Shown in pieces: positions 44,958-58,380 of a stretch of DNA of 64,000 nt (the first letter of the stretch is position 1; the number at the start of each line of letters is the position of its first letter). A program made the position numbers and the translations under genes. This stretch comes from an uncultured Pelagibacteraceae bacterium (GTDB lineage Bacteria > Pseudomonadota > Alphaproteobacteria > Pelagibacterales > Pelagibacteraceae): contig CABYHH010000001.1 in assembly GCA_902518835.1 (NCBI GenBank), positions 44,052 to 108,051 on the forward strand. Reading direction: 5' to 3'. A model generated the notes under the pieces. It did no database searches and was not told the DNA's origin. It saw only the letters and a list, made by a program, of their open reading frames with translations.

Positions 44958-47036
44958 TTAACCTGCAATCTTTTTTGTTACTTCGTCTTGAACATTTTGA
45001 GGAACTTTTGAGTAATGATCAAAAAACATTGAATATTGAGCTCTGCCCTGGGACATGGATCTCAAATTATTAATATATCCAAACATATTAGCTAATGGAA
45101 CCATAGCCGTAATTACCGTTGCATTTCCTCTTTGTTCTTGAGTATTTATCTGACCTCTTCTACTATTTAGATCACCAATAACATCGCCCATATAGTCTTC
45201 TGGTGTTACAACCTCGACTCTCATAACTGGTTCTAATAATTTTAAACCACCTTTTGTACAAGCTTCTTTAAAACATGCTCTACTAGCTAGCTCAAAAGCT
45301 AAAACACTAGAGTCAACATCATGATGCAATCCATCCAGTATTGTAACTTTATAATCTATCATTGGAAATCCAGCTAATATTCCACCGTCCGAAATAGTTT
45401 CAATACCCTTTTCAACACCAGGTATAAACTCTTTAGGGATTGCGCCACCTTTAATTTTACTCTCTACTGCTCTACCCTTCCCAGGTTCCTGAGGCTCAAC
45501 AAGTAATTTTACTTTGGCGAATTGACCAGCTCCTCCACTTTGTTTTTTATGAGTATATTCAACTTCTGAAGAATTTTCTATTGTTTCTCTATAAGCAACC
45601 TGAGGGGCGCCGACATTTGCCTCAACTTTAAATTCTCTTTTCATTCTATCAACAATAATATCTAAATGTAACTCACCCATACCTTTAATTATTGTTTGCC
45701 CTGACTCCTCATCTGACGTAACCCTAAAAGAAGGGTCCTCTTTTGCTAATCTTCCTAAAGCCTCTCCCATTTTTTCTTGATCTGCTTTTGTCTTAGGTTC
45801 AACTGCGATTTCAATAACTGGATCAGGAAATTCCATAGGTTCAAGCAATACTGAATTTTCTTCATCACATAATGTGTGACCGGTTATTGTATTTTTTAGA
45901 CCTGCTAGAGCTACTATATCTCCTGCATTTGCCTCTTTAATATCCTCTCTTGAATTTGCATGCATCAAAAGCATTCTTCCAACTCTTTCCTCTTTTTCTT
46001 TTGATGAGTTATAAACAGCTGTTCCTGTTTTAATTGTTCCTGAATAGACTCTTATGAAAGTTAAAGAACCTACGAAAGGATCGTTAGCTACTTTAAAAGC
46101 TAGTGCAGAAAAGGCTGCTTTATCATCAAATTTCATCTCTACCTCATCTTCACTACCCAATTTGGTTCCCTTTATAGAGCCAATATCAATTGGGCTTGGT
46201 AAATAGTTTACAACTGCGTCTAACAGAGGCTGAACTCCCTTGTTTTTAAAGGCAGAACCTGTCAAAACAGGCACAAAACTGAAATCTAAAGTCCCTTTTC
46301 TTATACATTTCACTAAATCTTCTTCTTTAATGTCTTCACCATTTAAATAGGCTTCCATTATTTTTTCATCTTGCTCGACAGCTAATTCAACTAATTCTGT
46401 TCTATATTTTTGTGACATTTCTTTAAGTTCATCTGGAATTTCTTTGTATTCCCATTCAGCACCTAGTGCCTCGTTTTTCCAAACTTGTGCTTTCATTTTA
46501 ACTAAATCTACAACTCCAGTTAAAGATGATTCAATTCCTATCGGAATTTGAATTACCAAAGGTTTTGATCCTAATCTATCTTTTATCATGTCTACACATC
46601 TAAAAAAGTCAGCACCAGTTCTATCTAATTTGTTTACAAAACAAATTCTTGGAACTTTATATTTATCAGCTTGTCTCCATACCGTTTCAGATTGAGGTTC
46701 TACACCTGCAACACCATCAAAAACTGCGACAGCTCCATCTAAAACTTTTAAAGATCTCTCTACTTCAATAGTAAAATCTACATGACCTGGGGTATCTATT
46801 ATATTAATTCTATGATCTTGCCAAAAACATGTTGTAGCTGCAGAAGTAATAGTAATACCTCTTTCTTGTTCTTGCTCCATCCAATCCATTGTTGCTGCAC
46901 CGTCGTGAACTTCACCAATTTTATGACTTTTTCCTGTATAATATAAAATTCTTTCAGTTGTTGTAGTTTTTCCAGCATCAATATGGGCCATTATGCCGAT
47001 ATTTCTATATTTATCTAATGTATGTGTTCTTGACAT
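44958..47036 (-). CDS. fusA: elongation factor G
   Basis: [23 protein letters not shown]. Confidence 0.98.
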   Translation of the reverse strand: MSRTHTLDKYRNIGIMAHIDAGKTTTTERILYYTGKSHKIGEVHDGAATMDWMEQEQERGITITSAATTCFWQDHRINIIDTPGHVDFTIEVERSLKVLDGAVAVFDGVAGVEPQSETVWRQADKYKVPRICFVNKLDRTGADFFRCVDMIKDRLGSKPLVIQIPIGIESSLTGVVDLVKMKAQVWKNEALGAEWEYKEIPDELKEMSQKYRTELVELAVEQDEKIMEAYLNGEDIKEEDLVKCIRKGTLDFSFVPVLTGSAFKNKGVQPLLDAVVNYLPSPIDIGSIKGTKLGSEDEVEMKFDDKAAFSALAFKVANDPFVGSLTFIRVYSGTIKTGTAVYNSSKEKEERVGRMLLMHANSREDIKEANAGDIVALAGLKNTITGHTLCDEENSVLLEPMEFPDPVIEIAVEPKTKADQEKMGEALGRLAKEDPSFRVTSDEESGQTIIKGMGELHLDIIVDRMKREFKVEANVGAPQVAYRETIENSSEVEYTHKKQSGGAGQFAKVKLLVEPQEPGKGRAVESKIKGGAIPKEFIPGVEKGIETISDGGILAGFPMIDYKVTILDGLHHDVDSSVLAFELASRACFKEACTKGGLKLLEPVMRVEVVTPEDYMGDVIGDLNSRRGQINTQEQRGNATVITAMVPLANMFGYINNLRSMSQGRAQYSMFFDHYSKVPQNVQDEVTKKIAG

Positions 47037-47042
47037 ATAAAT

Positions 47043-47513
47043 TTACCATCTAAAATGTGCAAAAGCTTTATTTGATTCTGCCATTTTGTGTACATCCTCT
47101 TTTTTTTTAACTGCTGCACCTTTTTTTTCATATGCATCGTAAAGTTCATTAAAAATTTTATCTGACATATGTTTATCTTTTCTTTTTCTTGCTGATTCAA
47201 CTAACCATCTAATAGCCAAAGCTTGGGCTCTTTTACTTTTAACTTCGACGGGTACTTGATAAGTTGCACCACCAACTCTCCTTGACCTAACTTCAACGGT
47301 TGGTTTTATATTACTTATTGCCTCATTAAAAATATTAATAGGCTCATCTTTTGTTTTGGACTTAATTTTATCAATGGCGTCGTAAACTATTTTTGCAGCA
47401 ACACCTCTTTTGCCATCGTACATTATATTATTGATTAATTTTGGAATTATTACTGAATTATATTTGGGGTCCGGAATAACATTTTTTTTTGGTTGTGTTT
47501 TTTTCCTAGACAT
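47043..47513 (-). CDS. rpsG: 30S ribosomal protein S7
   Basis: RRVGGATYQVP, MAESNKAFAHFRW. Confidence 0.98.
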   Translation of the reverse strand: MSRKKTQPKKNVIPDPKYNSVIIPKLINNIMYDGKRGVAAKIVYDAIDKIKSKTKDEPINIFNEAISNIKPTVEVRSRRVGGATYQVPVEVKSKRAQALAIRWLVESARKRKDKHMSDKIFNELYDAYEKKGAAVKKKEDVHKMAESNKAFAHFRW

Positions 47514-47518
47514 TTTGA

Positions 47519-47890
47519 TTATTTACCTTTTTTTGTTCCATACAAAGATCGCCTTTTTTTTCTATTAGCAACACCTTGTGTGTCTAAATTTCCTCTTAAA
47601 ATATGGTATCTAACACCAGGTAGATCTTTTACTCTACCTCCTCTAATCAACACCACTGAGTGCTCTTGAAGATTATGACCCTCGCCAGGTATATAAGCTG
47701 TAACTTCAAAACCATTTGATAGTCTAACCCTAGCTACTTTTCTCAGTGCTGAATTAGGTTTCTTTGGTGTTGTGGTGTAAACTTTAACACAAACACCTCT
47801 TTTTAAAGGTTGTTTTTGAAGAGCTGGAACTTTATTCCTATTTATTTGTTTAACTCTTTTTTTTTTTAACAATTGGTTAATAGTCGGCAT
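47519..47890 (-). CDS. rpsL: 30S ribosomal protein S12
   Basis: [22 protein letters not shown]. Confidence 0.98.
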   Translation of the reverse strand: MPTINQLLKKKRVKQINRNKVPALQKQPLKRGVCVKVYTTTPKKPNSALRKVARVRLSNGFEVTAYIPGEGHNLQEHSVVLIRGGRVKDLPGVRYHILRGNLDTQGVANRKKRRSLYGTKKGK

Positions 47891-47899
47891 AAATATTTT

Positions 47900-47990
47900 A
47901 AATTAGTTTATTTTTGAATGAAATAACTGACAGGTTATTCATGGCAGCGTTTAGTAACGTAATAGTACTACATTCCAACCAAAAATATCG
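47900..47990 (-). ncRNA. putative structured 5' leader of rpsL
   Basis: Long intergenic region for this genome with two stem-loops (AATAAC/GTTATT at 47922-47939; CGTT/AACG at 47948-47959), downstream of a putative promoter. Confidence 0.45.
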
Positions 47991-47992
47991 CC

Positions 47993-48020
47993 AAAATACT
48001 AATTAATTAGACTTTGTCAA
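47993..48020 (-). promoter_or_regulatory. putative sigma70 promoter of the str/S10 operon
   Basis: Minus strand TTGACA-16 nt-TATTTT. Confidence 0.5.
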
Positions 48021-48049
48021 ACTAAAACTATTGAAAAAACGGCTTATTT

Positions 48050-51000
48050 TTATTGGTTTACTTGAGTTTCAGATTCTTCGATCTTTTCTTGCTCTGACAA
48101 GAATTTATTGTCATCTTCTAGAGCTTTTTTGTTCCATTTATTTTTAATATTTCCAGTCCCCGCGGGTACCAATCGACCAACAATAACATTTTCTTTCAAA
48201 CCGCTTAATGGATCAATTTTTCCTTTTATCGCTGCGTCAGTCAAAACTCTTGTTGTTTCTTGAAACGAGGCTGCTGAAATAAATGACTCAGTTTGTAACG
48301 AAGCTTTTGTTATACCCATCAAAACTCTTTCACCAATAGCTTGGTTTTTACCCTCATTTTTTAACTTTTCATTTTCATTTTCAAATTTTATCTTATCTAC
48401 TATTTCTCCAGGTAAATAAGAAGAGTCTCCTGAAGACTTAACTTCTATTTTTTTCAGCATTTGTCTTAATATAGTTTCAATGTGCTTATCATTTATTATT
48501 ACTCCTTGTAATCTATAAACTTCTTGCACTTGATTTACAAAATACTCCGTTAATTCTTTTATTCCTAAAATTCTTAAAATATCATGAGGTAATGGTTGAC
48601 CATCTAACAAGTATTCACCTTTCGTAATTTTTTCACCTTGATTAAAATTTATGTGCTTTCCTTTTGGAATTAAATAATTTGAAGGTTCAGAACCATCCTC
48701 AGGAACAATTGAAACTCTCTGTTTACCTCTTACCTCTTTACCAAAAATTACTTGACCATCATTCTCAGCAATAATTGCACTATCTTTTGCTTTTCTTGCC
48801 TCGAACAATTCCGCAACTCTCGGTAATCCTCCTGTAATATCTTTTGTTTTTGTTGTTTCCTTTGGTAGTCTAGCGATAACATCTCCTGCTGAAACTTTTT
48901 GGCCGTCTTTTACTGAAAGAATAGAGTCTGGAACTAGATAATATCTAGCTTCATTATCATCTGCTTTTTTAATTACATTTCCTTTTTCATCTCTTAAAGT
49001 TATTCTAGGTTTTAGATCAGTATTCTTTGATTGAGATCTCCAATCAACTACAGATTTTGATGAAATCCCAGTAGCATCGTCAGTAGTTTCTTGTATTGAT
49101 ACCCCATCAATAAGATCTACAAAACTTGCAATACCACTTTTTTCTGCAATTACTGGCGTAGTATAAGGATCCCATTCACAAATCTTAGTATTTGCATTTA
49201 TTTTTTCACCATTTTTAAAAAATAGTTTAGAACCGTATGCAACTTTATAGACAGCTATCTGCACACCATTATCATCTTCAATGGAAAGTTGAGTATTTCT
49301 TCCCATTACTATTAAATTCTTTTTAGAGTCCTCAAGAATGTTTGAATTGATTATTTTTAAAACACCATCATTTTTAGATACTATTTGAGAGTCTTGTTTT
49401 ACAGATGCTGTTCCTCCAACGTGAAAAGTTCTCATTGTCAACTGTGTACCTGGTTCACCAATTGACTGAGCTGAAATCATTCCAATTGCCTCACCTACAT
49501 GTACCATTTTACCTCTTGATAGATCTCTTCCATAACAAGTTGCACAAACTCCCTCTTTTGAGCTACAAGTCATAACAGAAAATACTTTAAGTGATTTAAT
49601 TCCTGCAGAATCAATTTTATCACATCCAGCTTCATCTATCATAGTCGATTTTTTAATTATTATTTCGCCAGTTAAAGGGTGTTTTACATCTGATGCGGTT
49701 ACTCTTCCTAAAGATCTCTCAGATAAACTTACAACAACATTTCCACCTTCTAGAATTTCAGAAAGTTCTATAAATCCAGGGTTATCACAATTTTTCTTAG
49801 TTATTGTCAAATCTTGAGCTACGTCACACAGTCTTCTCGTTAAATATCCTGAACTAGCTGTTTTAAGAGCAGTATCCGCTAAACCTTTTCTAGCTCCATG
49901 TGTAGAATTAAAATATTCTAGAGCAGTTAGTCCCTCTTTAAAATTTGAAATAATAGGACTTTCAATAATTTCACCTGATGGTTTAGCAATTAATCCTCTC
50001 ATTCCAGCTAGTTGTTTCATTTGTGCCGCTGAACCTCTTGCCCCACTATCAGCCATCATAAAAACTGAATTGATTTTAAGCCCTTCATCAGTTTTTTTAG
50101 TAGCAGAAATACCCTTCATCATTTCACCAGCCACTTTATCTGTACATTTTGACCATGCATCAACTACTTTATTATATTTTTCACCTCTAGTAATCAGACC
50201 TTCTGAATACTGCGTTTCATAATCAGCTATAAGTTTTTTAGTATCGTCAATTAATTTTGTCTTGTTTTCAGGTATTATTAAATCATCTTTACCAAATGAA
50301 ATTCCTGCTTTAAAGGCGTGTTTGAATCCTAAATCTTTAAGTTTATCACAAAATATAACAGTTGTTTTTTGACCACAAAATCTAAAGACAATATCGATTA
50401 TCTCAGAAACTGTTTTTTTGGGAAGTAATCTGTCAATTAAAGAAAATTTTATATTAAAATTTTTAGGAAGTAGATTTGCTAATAAAAACCTGCCAGCAGT
50501 TGAAGTATATTTTTCAAATTTTTTCTTTCCGTCTGCATCGATTGTTTCAAATCTAGAGATAATTGTACTGTGAACTTTTATTTGACCTGAGGATAATGCA
50601 AATTCAATTTGGTCAGCATCAGTAAAATATCCTATAGATTTATCAGTTACTGGTTCTTGAGATAAATAATAAATTCCTAGGATCATATCCTGACTTGGTA
50701 CAATTATAGGCTTACCATTTGAAGGAGATAAAATATTATTAGTAGACAACATTAAAATCCTAGCCTCTAATTGAGCTTCTAAACTTAAAGGAACATGAAC
50801 AGCCATTTGATCTCCATCAAAATCAGCATTAAAAGCAGCACAAGTTAGTGGATGTAATTCTATTGCATCACCTTCAATTAACTTTGGTTCAAATGCTTGC
50901 ACTCCCAACCTGTGAAGAGTTGGAGCTCTGTTTAATAATACTGGATGTTCTCTTACTATGAGTTCTAAAGCATCCCAAACTGCATTAGTTTCTTTTTCGA

Positions 51001-52213
51001 CTAATTTTTTCGCTTGTTTTATGGTCGAAGCTAAACCTAACTTATTTAATCTTGCATATAAAAAAGGTTTAAAAAGTTCGAGCGCCATTTTTTTTGGCAG
51101 ACCACACTCATGAAGTTTTAAATCGGGGCCTACAACAATTACAGATCTACCAGAATAATCTACTCTTTTTCCTAATAGATTCTGCCTAAACCTTCCTTGT
51201 TTGCCTTTAAGCATCTCAGCCAAAGATTTAAGAGGTCTTTTGCCTGTTCCAGTAATTACTCTGCCCCTTCTACCATTATCAAATAAAGCGTCGACTGATT
51301 CTTGCAACATTCGTTTTTCATTTCTAACAATAATATCAGGTGCCTTTAGATCCATAAGTCTTTTTAAACGATTATTTCTATTTATTACTCTCCTATATAA
51401 ATCATTCAAATCTGACGTAGCAAATCTACCTCCATCTAAAGGAACTAGGGGCCTTAGTTCTGGTGGGATAACAGGAACAACAGTTAAAATCATCCATTCA
51501 GGTTTTTGTCCTGTCTCAATAAAAGACTCAATTAACTTTAATCTTTTAATTGCTCTTTCTTCATTAACTTTTGACTTTGTCTCTTTTATATAATTGATTA
51601 AATTTTTTCTCTCTAGATCTAAGTCTAAATTTTTTAACATTTCCAAAACAGCTTCTGCTCCAATACCTGTCGTAAAAGCTTCCTCACCAAATTCATCTTG
51701 ATACTTAGCTAGTTCTTCTTCATTTAATAACTGATTTTTTGCCAGTCCTGTTAAACCAGGCTCAATAACAATAAAATTTTCAAAATATAAAACTCTTTCG
51801 ATTTCCTTTAATTTCATGTCAACAGCTAAAGCGATTCTGCTAGGTAAAGATTTCAAAAACCAAATATGAGCTACAGGGGTTGCTAAATTTATGTGACCCA
51901 TTCGTTCTCTTCTCACATTTGATTTTGTAACTTCAACGCCACATTTTTCACATATAATCCCTCTAAACTTCATTCTTTTGTATTTTCCACACAAACACTC
52001 ATAATCTTTTATTGGACCAAAAATTCTTGCACAAAAGAGCCCATCTTTTTCTGGTCTAAATGTTCTATAATTTATTGTTTCGGGTTTTTTAATCTCTCCA
52101 TAAGTCCATGATTTAATTTTTTCAGGACTTGCTAACGAAATTTTGATGCTATTAAAGTTTTGTGACTCAATTATTTCAGAATTTTTAAATAGATCTGTTA
52201 ATTCTTTTTTCAT
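48050..52213 (-). CDS. rpoC: RNA polymerase beta' subunit
   Basis: [12 protein letters not shown]-terminal Zn finger, QLTMRTFH. Confidence 0.99.
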   Translation of the reverse strand: MKKELTDLFKNSEIIESQNFNSIKISLASPEKIKSWTYGEIKKPETINYRTFRPEKDGLFCARIFGPIKDYECLCGKYKRMKFRGIICEKCGVEVTKSNVRRERMGHINLATPVAHIWFLKSLPSRIALAVDMKLKEIERVLYFENFIVIEPGLTGLAKNQLLNEEELAKYQDEFGEEAFTTGIGAEAVLEMLKNLDLDLERKNLINYIKETKSKVNEERAIKRLKLIESFIETGQKPEWMILTVVPVIPPELRPLVPLDGGRFATSDLNDLYRRVINRNNRLKRLMDLKAPDIIVRNEKRMLQESVDALFDNGRRGRVITGTGKRPLKSLAEMLKGKQGRFRQNLLGKRVDYSGRSVIVVGPDLKLHECGLPKKMALELFKPFLYARLNKLGLASTIKQAKKLVEKETNAVWDALELIVREHPVLLNRAPTLHRLGVQAFEPKLIEGDAIELHPLTCAAFNADFDGDQMAVHVPLSLEAQLEARILMLSTNNILSPSNGKPIIVPSQDMILGIYYLSQEPVTDKSIGYFTDADQIEFALSSGQIKVHSTIISRFETIDADGKKKFEKYTSTAGRFLLANLLPKNFNIKFSLIDRLLPKKTVSEIIDIVFRFCGQKTTVIFCDKLKDLGFKHAFKAGISFGKDDLIIPENKTKLIDDTKKLIADYETQYSEGLITRGEKYNKVVDAWSKCTDKVAGEMMKGISATKKTDEGLKINSVFMMADSGARGSAAQMKQLAGMRGLIAKPSGEIIESPIISNFKEGLTALEYFNSTHGARKGLADTALKTASSGYLTRRLCDVAQDLTITKKNCDNPGFIELSEILEGGNVVVSLSERSLGRVTASDVKHPLTGEIIIKKSTMIDEAGCDKIDSAGIKSLKVFSVMTCSSKEGVCATCYGRDLSRGKMVHVGEAIGMISAQSIGEPGTQLTMRTFHVGGTASVKQDSQIVSKNDGVLKIINSNILEDSKKNLIVMGRNTQLSIEDDNGVQIAVYKVAYGSKLFFKNGEKINANTKICEWDPYTTPVIAEKSGIASFVDLIDGVSIQETTDDATGISSKSVVDWRSQSKNTDLKPRITLRDEKGNVIKKADDNEARYYLVPDSILSVKDGQKVSAGDVIARLPKETTKTKDITGGLPRVAELFEARKAKDSAIIAENDGQVIFGKEVRGKQRVSIVPEDGSEPSNYLIPKGKHINFNQGEKITKGEYLLDGQPLPHDILRILGIKELTEYFVNQVQEVYRLQGVIINDKHIETILRQMLKKIEVKSSGDSSYLPGEIVDKIKFENENEKLKNEGKNQAIGERVLMGITKASLQTESFISAASFQETTRVLTDAAIKGKIDPLSGLKENVIVGRLVPAGTGNIKNKWNKKALEDDNKFLSEQEKIEESETQVNQ

Positions 52214-52215
52214 AA

Positions 52216-55200
52216 TTAGTTTAACTCCACATTTAATGCTAAAGATTTTATTTCTTTTACAAGCACATTGAATGACTCAGGTATTCCAGACTCAAAGTTT
52301 TCTTCACCTTTTACGATAGTTTCATAAACTTTTACACGACCAGCCACATCATCAGATTTAACAGTTAAAATTTCTTGTAGTGTGTATGAAGCTCCATAAG
52401 CTTCTAAAGCCCAAACTTCCATTTCACCAAATCTTTGACCACCAAGTTGTGCTTTTCCGCCTAATGGTTGTTGAGTAACCAAACTATATGGTCCAGTCGA
52501 TCTTGCATGAATCTTGTCCTCAACAAGATGATGTAACTTGAGCATATAAATGATACCCACAGTAACTGGTCTATCAAATTTTTCACCTGTTCTCCCATCC
52601 CATAAAAAAGTTTGACCTGAGGCAGGAAGTTTCGCTAATTCTAACATTTCAGTTACATTTTTCTCTTTAGCTCCGTCAAAAACTGGAGTTGACATTGCAA
52701 TACCATTTTGAAGGTTTTCGCATAAGTCTCTAAACTCAGACTTAGATAATTTCTCAACTTTGTCACCAAAAATCTCTTCTCCATAAACTGATTTTAAAAA
52801 ATTACTGATTTTTTCAGTTTTCTCAATTTTTTTATTATTTTCATTAATTAATTTTTTTACTTCCTCTCCGAATTCTTTACATGCCCAACCTAAGTGGGTT
52901 TCCAAAATTTGGCCTACATTCATTCTGCTAGGAACTCCTAAAGGGTTCAAAACTATATCTACTGGAGTACCATCCTCTCTATACGGCATATCCTCAACTG
53001 GAACAATTTTACTAACAACTCCTTTGTTACCGTGACGACCTGACATTTTATCACCAGGTCTTAGTCTTCTTTTAATTGCAACGAAAACTTTTACCATTTT
53101 CATTACACTAGGTAATAAATCGTCTCCACTTCTGATTTTAAGAACTTTATCTTCGAATCTTTCCGTAATGTCTTGCTTAGCTTTATTATATTGGTCTTTA
53201 AGTTGTTCAAAATCTGACTCATTTTTTGGATTACCGGCTGATAATTTGAAAACATCATTTATATTTAATTTGTTAATTGTCTCGAAATCAAGCTTCGAGC
53301 CAACATCTAAATCTTTAATCTTTTTAGTCAAAGATATCCCATCTAATATTTGAGAAGCTCTTTGTTTAATGCTTCTCTCTAAAATTTCTTCCTCCACAAT
53401 TTTATCTTGTTGAACTTGATCTATCTCAGCTCTTTCAATTGTTATTGACCTTTCATCTTTCTCAATGCCATGTCGATTAAAAACTCTTACATCAACCACT
53501 GTTCCACTGCTTCCTCTTGACATTCTTAAGGATGTATCTGTTACGTCGATAGCTTTTTCACCAAAAATTGATCTAAGTAATTTTTCCTCTGGTCCAGAAG
53601 CTGAGTCTCCCTTAGGAGTAACTTTGCCAACTAAAATATCTCCTGGATTTACTTCTGCACCAATATAAACAACTCCTGACTCATCTAAGTTTTTTAGTGC
53701 TTCTTCGTTCACATTGGGAATGTCTCTTGTTATTTCTTCCTCCCCCAACTTTGTGTCTCTTGCCATTATTTCGTATTCAACAATATGAACAGATGTGAAA
53801 ACATCATCTGTCACACATCTTTCTGAAATAAGAATTGAGTCCTCAAAATTATAGCCCTGCCATGGCATAAAGGCGACTGTCACATTTTTTCCTAAAGCTA
53901 ATTCACCTAATTTTGTTGAAGGGCCGTCAGCAATTATGTCTCCTGATTTAACTTTGTCACCAACTCTTACTAATGGTTTTTGATTAATACAAGTATTTTG
54001 ATTTGACCTTTTAAATTTCTGTAAGTTATAAATATCAACACCTGACTTTGAAAAATCAGTTTCTTCAGTCGCTTTAATTACAATTCTTTTCCCATCAATT
54101 CTATCTACTATGCCATCTCTTCTTGCAACTATCGTTACACCTGAGTCAAGCGCAACATCACTTTCAATTCCTGTTCCAACTAAAGGAGATTCTGGTTTTA
54201 AAAGTGGAACAGCCTGTCTCATCATGTTTGAACCCATAAGAGCTCTATTCGCATCATCGTTTTCTAAAAAAGGTATTAAAGAAGCTGCTACTGAAACCAA
54301 TTGTTTTGGTGAAACGTCTATGTAATCAATTGTATCTGGTTTGGATAATAAAAAATTTAAGTTTTGCCGACATGATACTAGTTCTTCAATAATTTTGTTA
54401 TTTTTATCTATTTTTGTATTTGCTTGTGCAATAGTATATTTAGTTTCCTCCATTGCCGATAAATACTCTACTTTTTCTTGAACAATACCGTCTTTAACTC
54501 TTTTATATGGACTCTCAATAAATCCATATTTATTTATTTTTGCGTAAGTTGATAAGCTATTAATTAATCCGATATTAGGACCTTCTGGTGTCTCAATTGG
54601 ACAAATTCTTCCGTAATGAGTTGGATGAACATCTCTGACTTCAAAACCAGCTCTTTCTCTAGTTAAACCCCCGGGCCCTAAAGCTGAAACTCTTCTTTTA
54701 TGTGTTATTTCAGACAAAGGGTTCGTCTGATCCATAAATTGTGACAGTTGTGAGCTTGCGAAAAAATCTTTAAGTGAAACTGTTAAAGGTTTAGCATTTA
54801 TGAGATCTTGTGGCATAGCAGACTCGACATCTAATGTTGTCATTTTTTCTTTAATAGCCCTTTCCATTCTGTAGACACCTATTCGAGCTTGATTTTCGAC
54901 TAATTCTCCGACTGATCTTACTCTTCTATTTCCCAAATGATCAATGTCATCAACTTCATCTTTTCCATCTCTTAAATCTAGCATTTTATGTATAATGGCT
55001 AAAATATCATCGTTTCTTAAAATTGTGATTTTATCAGAACATTCTAAATTCAATCTTGAGTTCATTTTTACTCTTCCCACATCTGATAAATCATATCTGT
55101 CAGAACTAAAAAAGAGGTTGTTAAATATTTGTGCAGCAATTTCAATTGTGGGAGGTTCTCCAGGTCTCAACATTTTATAAATTTCTGTTATGGCCTCATC

Positions 55201-56304
55201 TTTTGTATTATTTTTATCATTAAGTATTGTTGTAAGTATATAAGGACCTTTATTAATTGAATTTGTTATAGAAATTTCCAAAGTATTAATATTTGCCTCT
55301 AATATTTTTTGAATAATGGTATCATTTATTTCAGTTCCGATTTTAAAAGTTCCTTCCTCTTCTTCATTTATCTTTATGTCTTTGTGTAAAAATTTTCCAA
55401 ATAAAGTGTCTTTTGATACCAAAATATCTTTTAAACCATCATTGGCTAACTTTTTGGCAGTTAAATAATTCATTTTATCACCTGAATTTATTACTACTTT
55501 TCCTGATCGTGCATCGATCACCTCTTCAGAGAAATTTTTCGCTTTGTAATTTTCTGGATTAAACCTAGTTTTCCATTTATCAGACTTATTGTCATAAATA
55601 TATTTTTCACTTTCATAAAACTCGTTTACTATTTCCGATTTACTGTATCCTAAGGCTAACAAAAGTGTTGATATAAAAATTTTCTTCTTTCTATCTATCT
55701 TAAAATATAAAAAATCTTTGACATCATACTCAAAATCTAACCAAGAACCTCTATTCGGGATTACTCTACAGTTAAATAACAATTTCCCACTTGCATGAGT
55801 TTTCCCCTTGTCATGGTCAAAGAATACACCTGGGCTTCTATGCATTTGATTAACTACAACTCTTTGAACACCATTAGTTATAAATGTACCACTATTTGTC
55901 ATCATTGGAACCTCACCCATATAGACTTCTTGTTCTTTTGCAGACAAAATATCCTTAGTATTATTTTCTTGATCGATTTCGTAAACAACTAACCTTAAAG
56001 TACATTTTAAAGCTGAGGAATAAGTTAATCCTCTAGCTATACATTCCTCTACATCAAATTTAGGTTTATCTAATTTATACGAAATATATTCTAGTGTTGC
56101 TTTATCGTTAAGATCTTCAATTGGAAAAATACTCTTAAATACTCTATCAAAGCCTTTAGTTAATTCAGCAGTCTCTATATTAAAATCTGTTAGCTCTTTA
56201 TAAGAGTTTTTTTGAACCTCAATTAAATTTGGTATTGATAAACTCTCTTTGAGTTTACCAAAACTTTTTCTAATATTCTTTTTTTCAGTAAAAGATATTT
56301 GCAT
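52216..56304 (-). CDS. rpoB: RNA polymerase beta subunit
   Basis: [21 protein letters not shown], rifampicin region [18 protein letters not shown]; ATG at 56304. Confidence 0.99.
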   Translation of the reverse strand: MQISFTEKKNIRKSFGKLKESLSIPNLIEVQKNSYKELTDFNIETAELTKGFDRVFKSIFPIEDLNDKATLEYISYKLDKPKFDVEECIARGLTYSSALKCTLRLVVYEIDQENNTKDILSAKEQEVYMGEVPMMTNSGTFITNGVQRVVVNQMHRSPGVFFDHDKGKTHASGKLLFNCRVIPNRGSWLDFEYDVKDFLYFKIDRKKKIFISTLLLALGYSKSEIVNEFYESEKYIYDNKSDKWKTRFNPENYKAKNFSEEVIDARSGKVVINSGDKMNYLTAKKLANDGLKDILVSKDTLFGKFLHKDIKINEEEEGTFKIGTEINDTIIQKILEANINTLEISITNSINKGPYILTTILNDKNNTKDEAITEIYKMLRPGEPPTIEIAAQIFNNLFFSSDRYDLSDVGRVKMNSRLNLECSDKITILRNDDILAIIHKMLDLRDGKDEVDDIDHLGNRRVRSVGELVENQARIGVYRMERAIKEKMTTLDVESAMPQDLINAKPLTVSLKDFFASSQLSQFMDQTNPLSEITHKRRVSALGPGGLTRERAGFEVRDVHPTHYGRICPIETPEGPNIGLINSLSTYAKINKYGFIESPYKRVKDGIVQEKVEYLSAMEETKYTIAQANTKIDKNNKIIEELVSCRQNLNFLLSKPDTIDYIDVSPKQLVSVAASLIPFLENDDANRALMGSNMMRQAVPLLKPESPLVGTGIESDVALDSGVTIVARRDGIVDRIDGKRIVIKATEETDFSKSGVDIYNLQKFKRSNQNTCINQKPLVRVGDKVKSGDIIADGPSTKLGELALGKNVTVAFMPWQGYNFEDSILISERCVTDDVFTSVHIVEYEIMARDTKLGEEEITRDIPNVNEEALKNLDESGVVYIGAEVNPGDILVGKVTPKGDSASGPEEKLLRSIFGEKAIDVTDTSLRMSRGSSGTVVDVRVFNRHGIEKDERSITIERAEIDQVQQDKIVEEEILERSIKQRASQILDGISLTKKIKDLDVGSKLDFETINKLNINDVFKLSAGNPKNESDFEQLKDQYNKAKQDITERFEDKVLKIRSGDDLLPSVMKMVKVFVAIKRRLRPGDKMSGRHGNKGVVSKIVPVEDMPYREDGTPVDIVLNPLGVPSRMNVGQILETHLGWACKEFGEEVKKLINENNKKIEKTEKISNFLKSVYGEEIFGDKVEKLSKSEFRDLCENLQNGIAMSTPVFDGAKEKNVTEMLELAKLPASGQTFLWDGRTGEKFDRPVTVGIIYMLKLHHLVEDKIHARSTGPYSLVTQQPLGGKAQLGGQRFGEMEVWALEAYGASYTLQEILTVKSDDVAGRVKVYETIVKGEENFESGIPESFNVLVKEIKSLALNVELN

Positions 56305-56314
56305 CAATGTTTGA

Positions 56315-56339
56315 TCACCGATAATTATACTATCGGCGA
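56315..56339 (-). other. stem-loop in the rplL-rpoB intergenic region
   Basis: Minus strand TCGCCGATA-GTATAAT-TATCGGTGA: 9-bp stem with one G-U pair, no U tract. Confidence 0.5.
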
Positions 56340-56358
56340 CTTAAAATTTCCTATTAAT

Positions 56359-56727
56359 TTACTTAAGTTCTACTTTTGCGCCAGCGGCTTCCAATTTAGC
56401 TTTAATTTCTTCAGCTTCTTTTTTTGGAACTCCAGTTTTAACTTCTTTTGGTGCTCCTTCAACTAAGTCTTTTGCTTCCTTAAGACCAAGAGAAGTTGCT
56501 GCTCTTACTTCTTTAATAACATTAATTTTTTTGTCACCAGAAGAGACAAGCATTATTGTGAAATCATCCTTATCTTCTGCTACTGCTGCTGCTCCACCAG
56601 CTGCTGCTGGAGCTGCGGCTGCCATTGGGGTAACTCCCCATTTTTCTTCTAGTTGTTTTGAAAGATCTGCCGCCTCAGCAACAGTCAAATTTGATAAATC
56701 TTCGATAATTTTATTTAGATCAGGCAT
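56359..56727 (-). CDS. rplL: 50S ribosomal protein L7/L12
   Basis: Ala-rich hinge, [20 protein letters not shown]. Confidence 0.97.
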   Translation of the reverse strand: MPDLNKIIEDLSNLTVAEAADLSKQLEEKWGVTPMAAAAPAAAGGAAAVAEDKDDFTIMLVSSGDKKINVIKEVRAATSLGLKEAKDLVEGAPKEVKTGVPKKEAEEIKAKLEAAGAKVELK

Positions 56728-56738
56728 ATGTGTTCTCT

Positions 56739-57254
56739 TTAGGTTGTTTTTTCAGAATTTTCTGTGGGTAAATTACTCATTTTTTCTGAACGTGCAAGTA
56801 AAATACTAACCAATTTTGAGGCAGAAGCATTCAAAATACCTACGATATTTGCTCTAGCTTCATTCAAAGTTGGTAAATTTGCTACATTTAATACTCCTGC
56901 TTGATCGAGAATCTCGTTATCCATTATTCCACCGATCAATTTTAGATTTTCATTATCTTTTGCAAATTTTGATAATATTCTAGCCGACATTATCGCGTCT
57001 TCACTAAAGGCTACTGCTGTAGGGCCAGTAAATAGACTCGATAAATCTTTACATCTCGTTTTTTCAAGAGCTAATTTTGTTATTCTATTTTTTGTAATCT
57101 TAAAAATTATTCCATGTTCTCTCATTTTTAATCTTAGCTCGTCTAATTGAACCATTGTGAGGCCTTGGTAGTGAGTTACCATAACTGCCTTACTATTCTC
57201 AAATTGAGCTGTCATTTCAGTTATATAGTTTTTTTTTTGCTCTTTATTCATCAT
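56739..57254 (-). CDS. rplJ: 50S ribosomal protein L10
   Basis: [22 protein letters not shown]. Confidence 0.96.
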   Translation of the reverse strand: MMNKEQKKNYITEMTAQFENSKAVMVTHYQGLTMVQLDELRLKMREHGIIFKITKNRITKLALEKTRCKDLSSLFTGPTAVAFSEDAIMSARILSKFAKDNENLKLIGGIMDNEILDQAGVLNVANLPTLNEARANIVGILNASASKLVSILLARSEKMSNLPTENSEKTT

Positions 57255-57259
57255 AAAAG

Positions 57260-57949
57260 TTATATATTCTTACCTAACTTTACTTTATATGAAACACCCA
57301 TCGTTGAAGTTGCAAAAGCTGATTTGATTAATTCACCTTTAACTGTATTATTTGACTTTTCCTTTTCAAGTGTTTCAAGTATAGCATTAAAGTTTTTTAT
57401 CAACTTATCATCATTAAAAGATTTTTTTCCAATACTTAGACCAATATTTCCATCCTTATCATTTCTTATTTCAACTTGACCAGATTTTGCATTAGAGATT
57501 GCAGTTTTTAGGTCTTCAGTTACTGAACCTAGTTTTGGATTAGGCATTAATCCTTTCGGACCTAATATTTTTCCAAGTTTTGATAATTTAATCATCATAC
57601 TCGGAGTGCAAATTAATTTTTCAAAATTCATTTCACCATTTTTAATCTTTTCTACAAAATCATCACTACCAACTATGTCTGCGCCAGCAGACTTGGCTTC
57701 AGCTGATTTTGCATCCTCACAAACTACCGCAACTTTAACTTTTTTTCCTGTTCCACCAGGAAGATTTACAACTGTTCGAATGTTGACCTCACTTTTTTTT
57801 TGTTTGTTATTAATCTGAAAACTCAAATCAATTGATTCATCAAATTTTGTCGTGCAATTTTTTTTAATAACTGGAATTAACTTTTCAATTAATTCACCAT
57901 CTAAATTAGATGTTTTTTCTGGTAACTTTTTAAATCTTTTTGATGTCAT
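57260..57949 (-). CDS. rplA: 50S ribosomal protein L1
   Basis: KFDESID, LGPKGLMPNPK, TSTMG. Confidence 0.97.
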   Translation of the reverse strand: MTSKRFKKLPEKTSNLDGELIEKLIPVIKKNCTTKFDESIDLSFQINNKQKKSEVNIRTVVNLPGGTGKKVKVAVVCEDAKSAEAKSAGADIVGSDDFVEKIKNGEMNFEKLICTPSMMIKLSKLGKILGPKGLMPNPKLGSVTEDLKTAISNAKSGQVEIRNDKDGNIGLSIGKKSFNDDKLIKNFNAILETLEKEKSNNTVKGELIKSAFATSTMGVSYKVKLGKNI

Positions 57950-58380
57950 TATTCTTTTACCTCAATACCCATTGATCTTGCTGAGCCTGCAATTATTTTA
58001 ACAGCTTGCTCTAGATCTATTGCATTTAAATCATTCATTTTTTGCTTTGCTATCTCCTCAGCCTGTTTTTTAGTAATTGTGGCTACAATATTTCTACCGG
58101 GTTCTTTAGAACCACTCTTAAGTTTTGCTGCCTCTCTTATATAGAAAGATGCTGGTGGAGATTTAATCTTAAAATCAAATTTTTTATCTTTATAAACCGT
58201 AATCTCTACAGGTACTGGTTTACCAGCTAAAGATTTAGTTTTTTCATTAAATGCCTTACAAAACTCCATTATATTTACACCACGTTGTCCTAAAGCTGGT
58301 CCTACAGGAGGTGCAGGATTAGCTTGACCACCTTTTATTTGAAGTTTAATAAAACCACTTATTTCTTTTTTTGCTGCCAT
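57949..58380 (-). CDS. rplK: 50S ribosomal protein L11
   Basis: [20 protein letters not shown]. Confidence 0.98.
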   Translation of the reverse strand: MAAKKEISGFIKLQIKGGQANPAPPVGPALGQRGVNIMEFCKAFNEKTKSLAGKPVPVEITVYKDKKFDFKIKSPPASFYIREAAKLKSGSKEPGRNIVATITKKQAEEIAKQKMNDLNAIDLEQAVKIIAGSARSMGIEVKE

